64,000 nt of DNA from Desulfosudaceae bacterium (GCA_963674745.2 CAXXDV010000001.1:1280001-1344000); one strand, 5' to 3'; positions 38,869 to 50,054 are shown, numbered from the stretch's first letter. Numbers and translations: made by a program. Notes: generated from the letters alone by a model not told the origin.

Positions 38869-39047
38869 AGGATTCTAGGATTCAAGGGGTCAAGGCCCAG
38901 AAGCTCGGACAGCGTTGCATTTACCGCGGCTGATTTTATTAACGCTGTTCGCGAAACTAAGGGTAACCGCTTAAAAGCGGTTTTTATAAAAAACCTTACG
39001 AAAAAACCCTTCACTTGACCCCTTGGCCCCTCGGCCCCTTGAACCCT
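38869..39047. repeat. Inverted octamer-array element
   Basis: Left AGGATTCT AGGATTCA AGGGGTCA AGG; right (reverse complement) AGGGTTCA AGGGGCCG AGGGGCCA AGGGGTCA AGTG. Confidence 0.7.
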
Positions 39048-39066
39048 TTTGTTGTTATACCTGCGA

Positions 39067-40335
39067 CTAACCTTGATTTGTATCTTCTGGTTTACTGAGT
39101 ATCTGTCGCCTGAGCATTTCCAGCGCCGCGAAGGCGAAAATGCGCTTGTTCATGGAGCGGTTCTGAAAAGAAAGGGTCAGTTTTCTGGCCACCGCCTGCC
39201 GTGAACAGGCCAGTCCGATACAGACCGTGCCGACCGGTTTGTCAGGGGTACCACCGTCGGGACCGGCAATACCGCTGGTGGCCAGCCCGTAATTTGCCTT
39301 GGCCAGGCGACGGACATTTTCGGCCATGTCCCGGGCGGTTTCTTCGGATACCGCGCCATGTTTGATAAGTGTTTCTTCAGCAATACCCAGCACGGCGGTT
39401 TTAGCCGCATTGGCATAGGTCACGGCTGAGAGCAGAAAATAATCTGAACTGCCGCTATTGTTGGTCAGAAGGTTTCCTATCAGTCCGCCGGTACAGCTTT
39501 CCGCCACGGCCACGGTTTGCCTTTTTTCCGCCAGCAGGCGCCCCACTTCAGCCGGAAGCGAAAGCCCCTGATCTGAAAAGACACAATCCCCGATTGTCTG
39601 CTTCGCCCAGTCAGCGGCCTGTTCCACCAGCGTCAAGGCGGTGTTTTTGTCCGCATGGCGGGTTGAAACGGTGACAAAAATTTCCGGAAATGAAACACGA
39701 ATGCCGTAACGGACCCGGGGGAATTTTTCCGGCAGCGCGTTCATCATTCGTCCGACTTCGGATTCGGGCAGACCGAATATGGAAAGGGTTTTTGCGACCG
39801 CGCAAGCCGGGCCGTCTACGCGGCGGGAGTCGATATCCGGCAAAACGGATTCGACCAGCATGATTTCCATTTCAAATGGAACGCCCGGCATGACATAAAC
39901 CCGGGAATCACTTATATCCAGGAAGAAGCCCGGGGCCGAGCCGACAGGGTTGGGAATACAGACGGCCTTTTCCGGAAGCAAGGCCTGTTTTGGGTCCGTT
40001 TCCCGCATGGTGACGCCGCGTTCGTTGAAAAAACGTTCAAGCGAGGCATAGGCCGTTTTGTCGGAACGCAAACCGACGCCTGCCGCCTGCGCTACCGCTT
40101 CGGTGGTCAGGTCGTCTCCGGTTGGTCCCAGCCCGCCGGTGACCAGAATGATATCGGCCCGGGCAACCATTTCTTTAAGAGCAGTCGTTATTTCTTGAAT
40201 ATTGTCGCCCACGCAAGTGTGACGCCTGACTTCGATACCCGCCTGCTCCAGCAACCTTGCGATAAAAGCGGAGTTGCTGTCGACGATGGTTCCCGTCAGC
40301 ACTTCATTTCCGGTGGCCAGGACTTCAGCTATCAT
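39067..40335 (-). CDS. cinA: Competence/damage-inducible protein CinA (MoCF domain + NMN deamidase)
   Basis: GNEVLTG..DSN, TGGLGPT.DDLT, AESCTGG, HGAVS, SGIAGPDGG..KPVGTV. Confidence 0.93.
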   Translation of the reverse strand: MIAEVLATGNEVLTGTIVDSNSAFIARLLEQAGIEVRRHTCVGDNIQEITTALKEMVARADIILVTGGLGPTGDDLTTEAVAQAAGVGLRSDKTAYASLERFFNERGVTMRETDPKQALLPEKAVCIPNPVGSAPGFFLDISDSRVYVMPGVPFEMEIMLVESVLPDIDSRRVDGPACAVAKTLSIFGLPESEVGRMMNALPEKFPRVRYGIRVSFPEIFVTVSTRHADKNTALTLVEQAADWAKQTIGDCVFSDQGLSLPAEVGRLLAEKRQTVAVAESCTGGLIGNLLTNNSGSSDYFLLSAVTYANAAKTAVLGIAEETLIKHGAVSEETARDMAENVRRLAKANYGLATSGIAGPDGGTPDKPVGTVCIGLACSRQAVARKLTLSFQNRSMNKRIFAFAALEMLRRQILSKPEDTNQG

Positions 40336-40359
40336 AAGGAATGAACCTGAATTTTGTTA

Positions 40360-40388
40360 TTGACATCGGTTTTTTCTTACCATATTAA
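40360..40388 (+). promoter_or_regulatory. Putative trp operon promoter
   Basis: TTGACA-17 bp-TATTAA upstream of the leader peptide. Confidence 0.5.
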
Positions 40389-40422
40389 AAAGAAGAGCGA
40401 AATTGTTTTTATGGTAATTTTT

Positions 40423-40515
40423 ATGAATATTCAACAGACAAAAGAAAGCAGTAAACGGTTTAACGGCAACTGGTGGTGGCAGTCCTGGCGCTTGGGGTCT
40501 GCCGACGGAGTGTGA
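40423..40515 (+). CDS. trpL: trp operon leader peptide (30 aa; alternative in-frame ATG at 40411)
   Basis: MNIQQTKESSKRFNGNWWWQSWRLGSADGV*: TGG TGG TGG plus a fourth TGG, upstream of trpE and terminator hairpins. Confidence 0.88.
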   Translation: MNIQQTKESSKRFNGNWWWQSWRLGSADGV

Positions 40516-40546
40516 TCTGCCGAAAAAACAAAAATAGATAAAACAT

Positions 40547-40585
40547 AAACCGTGGGCAAACCAAAAAAGTCCGCGGTTTTTTTTT
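40547..40585 (+). terminator. trp attenuator terminator 1
   Basis: AAACCGTGGGC-loop-GTCCGCGGTTT followed by a long T run. Confidence 0.8.
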
Positions 40586-40587
40586 GA

Positions 40588-40626
40588 TAAAGGCCACGGA
40601 CAACCAAGGTGTTCGTGGCCTTTTCT
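40588..40626 (+). terminator. Second tandem hairpin/terminator just before the trpE RBS
   Basis: AAAAGGCCACGGACA-accaagg-TGTTCGTGGCCTTTT-CT. Confidence 0.7.
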
Positions 40627-40644
40627 ATTTAATAAGGAGGGATA

Positions 40645-42153
<1,509 letters not shown>

Positions 42154-42186
42154 CCGGAACGGGAAACATTTTTCAGGGAGGTCGAC

Positions 42187-42768
42187 ATGATCCTTATGAT
42201 AGACAATTATGATTCGTTTACTTATAATCTTGTGCAATATTTGCGGATGCTGTCCGCCGAGGTCGTGGTTGTCAGAAATGACACCCGAACGGTGGCTGAA
42301 GCCTGTGCCATGAAGCCGTCTCACGTGGTTATTTCTCCCGGTCCGGGTCGGCCTTCGCAGGCGGGGATTTCCATGGAACTGATCCGGACACTGTCCGGTA
42401 AAGTGCCGATCCTCGGTGTCTGCCTGGGGCATCAGGCGATAGCCGAGGCTTTCGGGGGGGTGGTCGGGTCGGCAAAAACGCTTATGCACGGAAAAACATC
42501 ATCCATTACGACGGACGGAAAAACGATTTTTGAAAAAATACCGTCGCCGTTTGAGGCCATGCGTTATCATTCTTTGGCTGTAGAGAGAAAAAGCGTGCCC
42601 GAATGCCTGGAAATCAGCGCTGAAACCCGGGACGGTGAAATTATGGGTTTACGGCACATATCGCATCTGACCGAAGGTATCCAGTTTCATCCGGAGTCGA
42701 TCATGACACCCAAGGGAAAAAGAATTCTGAAAAATTTTCTGAGAATGGGAGACAACCCGGCCGTATGA
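42187..42768 (+). CDS. trpG: Anthranilate synthase component II (glutamine amidotransferase)
   Basis: IDNYDSFTYNL, GVCLGHQ, QFHPES. Confidence 0.96.
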   Translation: MILMIDNYDSFTYNLVQYLRMLSAEVVVVRNDTRTVAEACAMKPSHVVISPGPGRPSQAGISMELIRTLSGKVPILGVCLGHQAIAEAFGGVVGSAKTLMHGKTSSITTDGKTIFEKIPSPFEAMRYHSLAVERKSVPECLEISAETRDGEIMGLRHISHLTEGIQFHPESIMTPKGKRILKNFLRMGDNPAV

Positions 42769-42773
42769 GAAAA

Positions 42774-42950
42774 GATGGCTTCGTAAAAAGTCCAATTGCC
42801 GCATGGCGGCCAGCTGCGTTGCGCTGCATCCTTCGGAATTTCAAGTACTTCTATGTACGCTGCATTCCTCAGGATTTGCGCGCCCCCAGTCTTAAGCCGG
42901 GGCTTGAACTTTTTACTTTGCCATCCCAATTTTGACTTTTCGAAGCCATC
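42774..42950. mobile_element. MITE-like intergenic repeat, copy 2 (most complete)
   Basis: Terminal inverted repeats GATGGCTTCGTAAAAAGTC...GACTTTTCGAAGCCATC, flanked by AAAA on both sides. Confidence 0.8.
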
Positions 42951-42969
42951 AAAAGAATAGGGGGGAGTT

Positions 42970-43989
42970 ATGTTTTCAGAGATTTTGTCCAAAATCATCA
43001 CCAGACAGGACCTTGGCCGGGAGGAAATTTCGATCGTGTTTACTGAAATTTTTTCCGGCAGCCTGACGGATGCCCAGATTGGCGCCTTTATCGCAGCACT
43101 GGCGGCAAAGGGAGAAACCTTTGAAGAACTGGCCGGTGCGGCCGAAGCCATGCGGCAGAAAGCCACCCGTGTGCAGGCCGCTTCGTCCATTGTCGTTGAT
43201 ACCTGCGGTACCGGCGGGGATAAAGCCGGTACGTTTAACATTTCAACCACGGCCGCTTTTGTCGTGGCCGGGTCAGGCGTCACCGTGGCCAAGCATGGTA
43301 ACCGTTCTATTTCCAGCAAGTGTGGCAGTGCCGATGTCCTGGAGGCTCTGGGTGTAAAACTGGATACCGAGCCGGAGGTGGCGGAAGAAGCGATCAATGA
43401 GATTAATATCGGCTTCATGTTTGCTCCCAGGTTTCACGGGGCCATGAAGTATGCCGCTGGCCCCAGAAAAGAACTCGGGGTGCGGACGATTTTTAACATC
43501 CTGGGACCGCTGACCAATCCGGCCGGCGCCAACTGCCAGGTGCTGGGGGTTTTTGCCACCCATTTGACCGAAATGGTGGCTGGCGCGCTCAACCTGCTGG
43601 GTTCCCGGCGTGCTTTTGTTGTTCACGGTCATGAAGGCCTGGATGAAATTTCGGTGTGTGCGCCCACCCGTGTGTCGGAATTAAAAGACAAAACCGTTTC
43701 TACCTATGATATTACGCCGGAACAGTTTTTCAGCGAGACGGCCAAAGCGCAGGAGCTGGCCGGAGGTACACCCGAAGAGAATGCCGGGATTACCCGCAAT
43801 GTTTTAAGTGGAAAAGATCAGGGCGCGCGCCGTAATGTCGTGGCCATCAATGCCGCCGCCGCCCTTGTGGCCGCGGACCAGGCCGATACGCTGGCGGACG
43901 GCCTGTCTCTGGCCAACGAAATTATTGACAGCGGAAGGGCCCTGGAAAAGCTGGAGCAATTAATTACCTTTACCAACGAGAACGGATGA
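42970..43989 (+). CDS. trpD: Anthranilate phosphoribosyltransferase
   Basis: DTCGTGGD, NIST, KHGNRS, GSADVLE, RTIFNILGPLTNP, GLDE. Confidence 0.97.
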   Translation: MFSEILSKIITRQDLGREEISIVFTEIFSGSLTDAQIGAFIAALAAKGETFEELAGAAEAMRQKATRVQAASSIVVDTCGTGGDKAGTFNISTTAAFVVAGSGVTVAKHGNRSISSKCGSADVLEALGVKLDTEPEVAEEAINEINIGFMFAPRFHGAMKYAAGPRKELGVRTIFNILGPLTNPAGANCQVLGVFATHLTEMVAGALNLLGSRRAFVVHGHEGLDEISVCAPTRVSELKDKTVSTYDITPEQFFSETAKAQELAGGTPEENAGITRNVLSGKDQGARRNVVAINAAAALVAADQADTLADGLSLANEIIDSGRALEKLEQLITFTNENG

Positions 43990-44030
43990 TGACTTCGTAA
44001 AAAGCTTACTTTGACTTTTTAGTAAGGCAT
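43988..44030. mobile_element. Collapsed remnant of the same MITE-like element (TIRs only)
   Basis: GATGACTTCGTAAAAAGC-ttacttt-GACTTTTTAGTAAGGCAT. Confidence 0.65.
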
Positions 44031-44037
44031 TAATTTT

Positions 44038-44835
44038 ATGACTGAAGATATTCTGAAAAAGATCGCGGCCGCAAAAAAGGAAGAGGTCGCCGAAGCCCGG
44101 AAGCGTGTGCCGGAAGCAGCGCTGCGGCAACAAGCCGAAGCGCGGGACGGCCAGCGACCGTTTATAGAGCGGCTCCGACAGGCCCATGTTGACGGCATCG
44201 GCATTATCGCCGAGATCAAGCGGGCCTCGCCCTCCAGGGGCGATATCCGCGCCGACCTTGATGCTGCCGATTACGCCCGACGCTATGAACAGGGCGGCGC
44301 CACGGCCATTTCCGTGTTGACCGACAGCCGGTTTTTCAAAGGGTCTCTGGCAGATCTTGTTGAGGCACGAAAAAACAGCACCCTGCCGGTGTTGAGAAAA
44401 GATTTTCTCATCGATCCCTACCAGTTTTATGAGGCGGCGGCGGCCGGTGCGGACGCGGTTCTGCTGATTGTCCGCATGCTGTCCGGGGACCGGTTATCCG
44501 ATTTTTTAAGTCTGTGCCGGGAATTGCGGCTGGACCCTCTGGTAGAGGTGCATGATGACGCCGATCTGGAAAAGGCCACCCGATCCGGGGCGGAGCTGAT
44601 CGGCATCAACAACCGCGATCTGCGGACCTTCAGAACCGACATTGCCGTTGCCACCCGGCTGGTGTCCCGTTTTAACGACCGCCAGATTCCCGTGGCGGCC
44701 AGCGGCATCAGCATGCCGGATGATATCCGCGCCACCCGAAAAGCCGGAATTAATAATTTTTTGATCGGCGAAAGCCTGGTCCGGGCGGATGATACGGTTG
44801 CTTTTCTACGGCAGCTGGTGGAAGCGGCTGAATGA
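44038..44835 (+). CDS. trpC: Indole-3-glycerol phosphate synthase
   Basis: IAEIKRASPS.G, ISVLTD..FF.GS, PVLRKDF, GINNRDL. Confidence 0.96.
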   Translation: MTEDILKKIAAAKKEEVAEARKRVPEAALRQQAEARDGQRPFIERLRQAHVDGIGIIAEIKRASPSRGDIRADLDAADYARRYEQGGATAISVLTDSRFFKGSLADLVEARKNSTLPVLRKDFLIDPYQFYEAAAAGADAVLLIVRMLSGDRLSDFLSLCRELRLDPLVEVHDDADLEKATRSGAELIGINNRDLRTFRTDIAVATRLVSRFNDRQIPVAASGISMPDDIRATRKAGINNFLIGESLVRADDTVAFLRQLVEAAE

Positions 44836-44881
44836 AGAACATGTGTGTTAAAACAATAAAAAGTTAACGGGCCTGAAGAAA

Positions 44882-45343
44882 TTGAAAAGAAATATTTTTG
44901 AAATACTGGTGTCGCTGTTATGGGGCACGGCCGCATACATGCTCTATGTGCAAATTTTAAGCGTGGTCAGCACCAAAACCGTCGAGACCTTCGGGGTACT
45001 CAAACACGTTCCTGTTGGTGTGGGCGCGTTTAATTTACGATTAATGGTTTATTACGCTGTTTTAATTTTTCACGACACATTAATCGGATTACCCCTTTTT
45101 ATCATGTTCGGCATGGTTTTGGGGCTGTCCATATCAAAATATCATTTCAGCAGGCCGCTGCTTCTTTGCGCGGGCTTTTTTTTAACCCAGTTTTATTATT
45201 TGTTTATAAGGTTTAATTTCGGGTACGCGATCCCCGCTTATGTAGTCGTCATACGCGCCGCACTGATAGCGCTTCTGCTGGTTTTCTTTACCCGGCTGGG
45301 GTGCACGATTAAAAGGAAATGGGAGGATCAGGCGAGCGAATAA
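44882..45343 (+). CDS. Hypothetical membrane protein (about 4 TMs) inserted in the trp operon
   Basis: 153-codon hydrophobic ORF with TTG start filling the trpC-trpF gap; more AT-rich than its flanks. Confidence 0.65.
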   Translation: MKRNIFEILVSLLWGTAAYMLYVQILSVVSTKTVETFGVLKHVPVGVGAFNLRLMVYYAVLIFHDTLIGLPLFIMFGMVLGLSISKYHFSRPLLLCAGFFLTQFYYLFIRFNFGYAIPAYVVVIRAALIALLLVFFTRLGCTIKRKWEDQASE

Positions 45344-45382
45344 ACGGCTTTTACAAAGTTAAAGAGGCACAAAAGCGATTAA

Positions 45383-46078
45383 ATGAATTTTACAGACGAC
45401 AAAACAGAACTCCAGACGCCGCAGGTGAAGATCTGCGGGATTACCACGCCGGAGACCGCCGAGGCCTGTGTGCGGCTGGGGGCTGATGCCATCGGCTGTG
45501 TGTTTTTTGCCAAAAGCCCCCGGAATATCAGCCAGGAACAGGCCAGGGAGATCTGCGCGGCTGTAAGCGGCCGGGTGGCGACGGTGGGTGTGTTTGTTAA
45601 CGAGCCGGCCGATACGGTTGCAAAAATCGTGGCCGAATGCGGGTTTTCCTGTGCCCAGCTGCATGGAAAAGAGCCACAAAAAACCGTTGATCAGCTCCTG
45701 GGGCAGGGCATTACCGTGGTCAAGGCACTGTTTGCCACAAGGGAACCGTATATTGGGGAGGCTGGGCAATACTGTCCCTCGGCATATCTGGTGGAATGCG
45801 GTAGAGGTTCTCTTCCCGGCGGCAATGCCGAAGTCTGGGACTGGCGCGGCGCCCGAAAAGCGCGGCAGGCCGGGCCGTTGATCCTGGCCGGTGGCCTGTC
45901 TCCGGACAATGTGGCGGCAGCCATAAAAGAGGTGTTTCCGGATGCGGTTGATGTGAGTTCCGGTGTGGAAGCGGCGCCTGGAAAAAAAGATTTAAAAAAG
46001 GTGGCATTATTTATAACGGCTGTCCGCCGGAGCGTTAGCGCATATCCCTCCGGCAGGACCATAAGGAGGATGTTTTAA
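45383..46078 (+). CDS. trpF: Phosphoribosylanthranilate isomerase
   Basis: [29 protein letters not shown]. Confidence 0.95.
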   Translation: MNFTDDKTELQTPQVKICGITTPETAEACVRLGADAIGCVFFAKSPRNISQEQAREICAAVSGRVATVGVFVNEPADTVAKIVAECGFSCAQLHGKEPQKTVDQLLGQGITVVKALFATREPYIGEAGQYCPSAYLVECGRGSLPGGNAEVWDWRGARKARQAGPLILAGGLSPDNVAAAIKEVFPDAVDVSSGVEAAPGKKDLKKVALFITAVRRSVSAYPSGRTIRRMF

Positions 46079-47301
46079 TGACGGTGGATACTGTGAGCAA
46101 CGGGTCGGTAATCGGCAAATATCCGGATGAGAGGGGTCACTTCGGAGATTACGGCGGCATGTATATTGCCGAAACCTTGATGCCGGCCGTGTTGGAGTTA
46201 AATGAACAAAGGCTGAAAATCATGTCTGATCCGGCTTTCCAGGCGGAATTGAACCAGCTGCTGGCCGATTACGTGGGGCGGCCAACGCCCCTGTATTTTG
46301 CCAGTCGGCTGACGGAAGCCTTAAAAGGGGCAAGGGTGTATTTAAAGCGGGAAGACCTGGCCCATACCGGCGCCCACAAAATAAACAACACCATCGGTCA
46401 GGCCTTGCTGGCCAAATGGATGGGTAAAAACCGGGTCATCGCCGAAACCGGCGCCGGTCAGCACGGTGTGGCCACGGCCACGGCCGCGGCCCTGCTGGGT
46501 ATGGAATGCCAAGTGTTCATGGGGGTCGAAGACATCGAACGCCAGGCGCCCAACGTCAAACGCATGAAATTGCTGGGGGCGACCGTTACCCCCGTCCAGT
46601 CCGGCACCGGCACCTTGAAAGATGCCATGAACGAAGCCATGCGGCACTGGGTTTCCACCGTGCGCAACACCTTTTACGTCATCGGTTCTGTGGCCGGCCC
46701 CCATCCCTACCCCGCCATGGTTCGCGATTTTCAAAAAGTTGTCGGGGAAGAGACCCGGGAGCAGATCTTGGCCCTTGAGGGGCGGTTGCCGGACCTGCTG
46801 ATCGCCTGTGTGGGCGGCGGCAGCAATGCCATGGGCCTGTTTTATCCGTTTATTGATGACCCGGTCGAAATGATCGGCGTCGAAGCCGGTGGCCGGGGAC
46901 TGGATACCACCGAGCACGCGGCCACACTTAATTGCGGTACCATCGGCGTACTGCATGGTTCCAAGTCTTACGTGCTGCAGGACGAACAGGGACAGATCGC
47001 GCCGGTTCACTCCATTTCGGCCGGGCTGGATTATCCCGGCGTGGGGCCCGAGCACTCGCTGTTAAGGGATTTGAAGCGGGTTCGTTATGTCTCGGCCACT
47101 GATGAAGAGGCCCTGGCTGCCTTTCACCGGTTGTGCCGGCTGGAGGGTATTATTCCGGCTCTGGAAAGCGCGCACGCTCTGGCCGGTGCCATCGGCGTGG
47201 TTCCGGATATGCCGTCAGACAGTATCGTTGTGGTCAATCTTTCCGGCCGGGGAGACAAAGATCTTGGTATTATTGAAGCCAGTGAAAAAGCGGCCGTATA
47301 A
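46078..47301 (+). CDS. trpB: Tryptophan synthase beta chain
   Basis: [47 protein letters not shown]. Confidence 0.98.
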   Translation: MTVDTVSNGSVIGKYPDERGHFGDYGGMYIAETLMPAVLELNEQRLKIMSDPAFQAELNQLLADYVGRPTPLYFASRLTEALKGARVYLKREDLAHTGAHKINNTIGQALLAKWMGKNRVIAETGAGQHGVATATAAALLGMECQVFMGVEDIERQAPNVKRMKLLGATVTPVQSGTGTLKDAMNEAMRHWVSTVRNTFYVIGSVAGPHPYPAMVRDFQKVVGEETREQILALEGRLPDLLIACVGGGSNAMGLFYPFIDDPVEMIGVEAGGRGLDTTEHAATLNCGTIGVLHGSKSYVLQDEQGQIAPVHSISAGLDYPGVGPEHSLLRDLKRVRYVSATDEEALAAFHRLCRLEGIIPALESAHALAGAIGVVPDMPSDSIVVVNLSGRGDKDLGIIEASEKAAV

Positions 47302-47313
47302 CAGGAGAACGAC

Positions 47314-48114
47314 ATGGATCGAATTAAAGAAAAGTTCAAAACGCTGGCTGATGCCAAACAAAAAGCCTTGGTGGGGTTTGTGACCGCGGGCGACCCCGAC
47401 CTTTCGACGTCAAAAAAGATTATTTCCGCCATGTGCCGCTCGGGGGTTGATATCCTGGAGCTGGGTGTTCCGTTTTCCGATCCCACGGCCGACGGACCGG
47501 TCATTCAACGTTCATCGGAAAGAGCGGTTAATAATGGTGTGACGTTGTCGACCGTTCTGGATATGACGGCTGATTTGCGCAAAGAAACAGACACCCCCGT
47601 TATTTTGTTTTCCTACTACAACCCGATTTATGCATATGGGGCCGAATCTTTTTATCAGGCCGCGGTTGAAGCCGGAGCCGATGGTGTTCTGGTGGTTGAT
47701 CTGCCGCCCGAAGAGTCCGAAGAGCTGACCGCCTGCTGGACCAGAAAAAATTTCTCTCTGATCCGGCTGGTGGCACCGACCACGCCGCCGGAAAGGATCA
47801 CCACCATAACCGCTGCCGCGACCGGGTTTGTCTATCTGGTTTCCATGACCGGCGTGACCGGCAGCAATGGCCTGCAAACCGAATCCCTGGCTGATTTGTG
47901 TCAACGGGTAAAAACAACTACCGCCCTGCCCGTGTGTGTCGGTTTCGGCATTTCCACGGTCGAAGATGTGGCCCGGGTATCCCGGGCGGCCGACGGTGTG
48001 GTTATCGGCAGTGCTTTTGAGCGGTTGATTGAAGAAAACCTGGAGAATCCCGACCTACCGGAAATTATGGCCGAACGGGTCCGCCAATACAAGGCGGCCA
48101 CCAGACTGTCATGA
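47314..48114 (+). CDS. trpA: Tryptophan synthase alpha chain
   Basis: AGDPD, ELGVPFSDPTADGPVIQ, YYNP, VGFGIS. Confidence 0.97.
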   Translation: MDRIKEKFKTLADAKQKALVGFVTAGDPDLSTSKKIISAMCRSGVDILELGVPFSDPTADGPVIQRSSERAVNNGVTLSTVLDMTADLRKETDTPVILFSYYNPIYAYGAESFYQAAVEAGADGVLVVDLPPEESEELTACWTRKNFSLIRLVAPTTPPERITTITAAATGFVYLVSMTGVTGSNGLQTESLADLCQRVKTTTALPVCVGFGISTVEDVARVSRAADGVVIGSAFERLIEENLENPDLPEIMAERVRQYKAATRLS

Positions 48115-50054
48115 GCGACCGGCGGCGGATCATCTCTGCCAGGGAGTCGTCTCTGCTTCTGGGTATTTCCGAAGGGACCGTGCGAAACTGGGTCCGGCAT
48201 GGATACCTGAGGCCGGTTAAAGAGAACCCAAAAGCCTTTTATTACAGCGATGTTCTGAAGACAAAAAAGCAACTGGCTTCGGGGGAAATTCGGCGACTGA
48301 ACCAGCGGGCTAATCGGACGCGACTTGAAAGAACGATTATACCGGTCGGATATGTTGATGATGCAGTGCTGCGGGCGCGGGCGAAAAAAATTTGCGCTAT
48401 CCTGGTTGCCCGTCGGCTGGGCCTTGAGCCGGCCATGTTCTGTTTGGCCATGCGGCTGCTGGTACTGAAAAAAGAGGTTCGGCTGGATAATCCCGCCCGA
48501 ATGTTCCAGGCCCGGGCTTATTCCGGATGGCAGCGACCGACCATAAAAGCGGAAATGCTCGATTGGCTTGCCTCAGGAAAGCGCTTTTCGGACAAACGTG
48601 CTGATAACTATCTTGACCTCTACCATGTGGTTGAATCGGCCACCCGTGATGATCTGCTCGGGCTGCTGTATCAGGCCTTGCGCCGGGAAGGCCGGCGCTC
48701 CCGCCAGGGCATGTATTACACGCCGGCGGATCTGCTGGCCGGCGTGTTTGCCGGGGCGTGTCGGAACAGGGGCAGTTTTCTGGACCCCTGCTGCGGGACC
48801 GGCCGGTTTCTGGCGCATGCCGCCCGGTCGGGAGGATATCAGCCCGAAGACCTGGTCGGGTTTGACATTGATCCCATGGCCGTGCGTATTGCCCGGATCA
48901 ACTTGCTGCTGATTTTCAACGACAGGGAGTTTGCCCCGCAAGTTTTCTGCCTGGATGTTCTGGATTCAAAAAAAATCCGGCCTTTCCAGAAGCGTTTCGG
49001 GTTAATCGCCACGAATCCGCCCTGGGGGGCGACAATTACCCCGGCTCAACGCACCCGCCTTCAAAAGGCATTTCCCCTTGTTTCTTCCGGCGAGTCCTTT
49101 TCTTATTTTTTGGCCGCCGGTTTGGATTTGCTGGCCAAAGACGGTAGATTGTCTTATATTCTTCCCGAGTCTTTTTTAAACATCCGCACGCACCGGGATA
49201 TTCGTAAACATCTGCTTTCTTCATCAACGCTGGCGGCCGTCACCTTTTTAGGAAGACGGTTTGGCGAGGTGCTGTCGCCCGCGATTCGGGTCGATGTAAC
49301 CAAAAACCCCCCATCAAAAAAAGTAAAAACCGGGATTGTTTTTCAAGGCGGCCGGACCCACGCGGTGCCGCAAGGCCGGTTTTTGGACAATCGCAACTAT
49401 ATTATTGACGCTTGGATGACCGAACCGGAAAATGCGATTATAAAAAAGATATATCATTTTCCGCATGTTACCCTGGCCGGTACGGCGGACTGGGCCCTGG
49501 GGATCGTCACCGGTGACAACCGGCAATTCGTGTCCGACGTCTGCAAAAAAGGGATGGAACCGGTTTTTCGAGGCAAAGATGTTGAAAAGTACCGGCTGAA
49601 AAAGCCGGATGGGTTTATCCGCTTTGCGCCGGAGCGGTTTCAGCAGACAGCGCCGGAAAGCATTTACCGGACCGGGGAAAAGCTGGTCTATCGTTTTGTT
49701 TCCCGCCGCCTGGTATTTGCCCTTGACAACACCGGCGCCCTGACGCTTAACAGTGCCAATGTCCTGATTCCGAAAATAAGCGGTTATCCCTTAAAAGCCG
49801 TTCTGGGGGTGTTGAACTCCAGTCTCAGCCAGTTTGTGTTCGAGAAAAAATTTCATTCATTAAAGGTCCTGCGAAAGGACCTGGAATCTCTGCCCCTGCC
49901 CCTGCCGGGAAAAGACCGGCTTCGGGAAATGGTCAGGCTGGTTGACCGGGCCCTGGCCGGGGAGGACGTTGCCGTTGCCATTGACCGGCTGATCATGAGT
50001 GATCTGGGGTTGTCCGATGAAGAGATGCGGATTGTTCTGGAAGCAGGAACTTAA
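48111..50054 (+). CDS. N6-adenine DNA methyltransferase (gamma/TaqI-like) with N-terminal HTH; no adjacent endonuclease
   Basis: HTH SLLLGISEGTVRNWVRHG; GMYYTP; motif I FLDPCCGTGRFL; motif IV NPPW; TaqI_C-like GIVTGDN...EKLVYR...LGVLNS; ATGA overlap with trpA. Confidence 0.88.
   Translation: MSDRRRIISARESSLLLGISEGTVRNWVRHGYLRPVKENPKAFYYSDVLKTKKQLASGEIRRLNQRANRTRLERTIIPVGYVDDAVLRARAKKICAILVARRLGLEPAMFCLAMRLLVLKKEVRLDNPARMFQARAYSGWQRPTIKAEMLDWLASGKRFSDKRADNYLDLYHVVESATRDDLLGLLYQALRREGRRSRQGMYYTPADLLAGVFAGACRNRGSFLDPCCGTGRFLAHAARSGGYQPEDLVGFDIDPMAVRIARINLLLIFNDREFAPQVFCLDVLDSKKIRPFQKRFGLIATNPPWGATITPAQRTRLQKAFPLVSSGESFSYFLAAGLDLLAKDGRLSYILPESFLNIRTHRDIRKHLLSSSTLAAVTFLGRRFGEVLSPAIRVDVTKNPPSKKVKTGIVFQGGRTHAVPQGRFLDNRNYIIDAWMTEPENAIIKKIYHFPHVTLAGTADWALGIVTGDNRQFVSDVCKKGMEPVFRGKDVEKYRLKKPDGFIRFAPERFQQTAPESIYRTGEKLVYRFVSRRLVFALDNTGALTLNSANVLIPKISGYPLKAVLGVLNSSLSQFVFEKKFHSLKVLRKDLESLPLPLPGKDRLREMVRLVDRALAGEDVAVAIDRLIMSDLGLSDEEMRIVLEAGT

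Noticed and set aside
38869..39047. Short repeats considered as a CRISPR array
   Set aside because: The units are 8 bp, contiguous and inverted, with no spacers and no cas genes. No CRISPR array was seen anywhere in the window.
48111..50054. Complete restriction-modification or other defence system
   Set aside because: No endonuclease gene or recognisable nuclease motif was found, and the flanking genes are metabolic.
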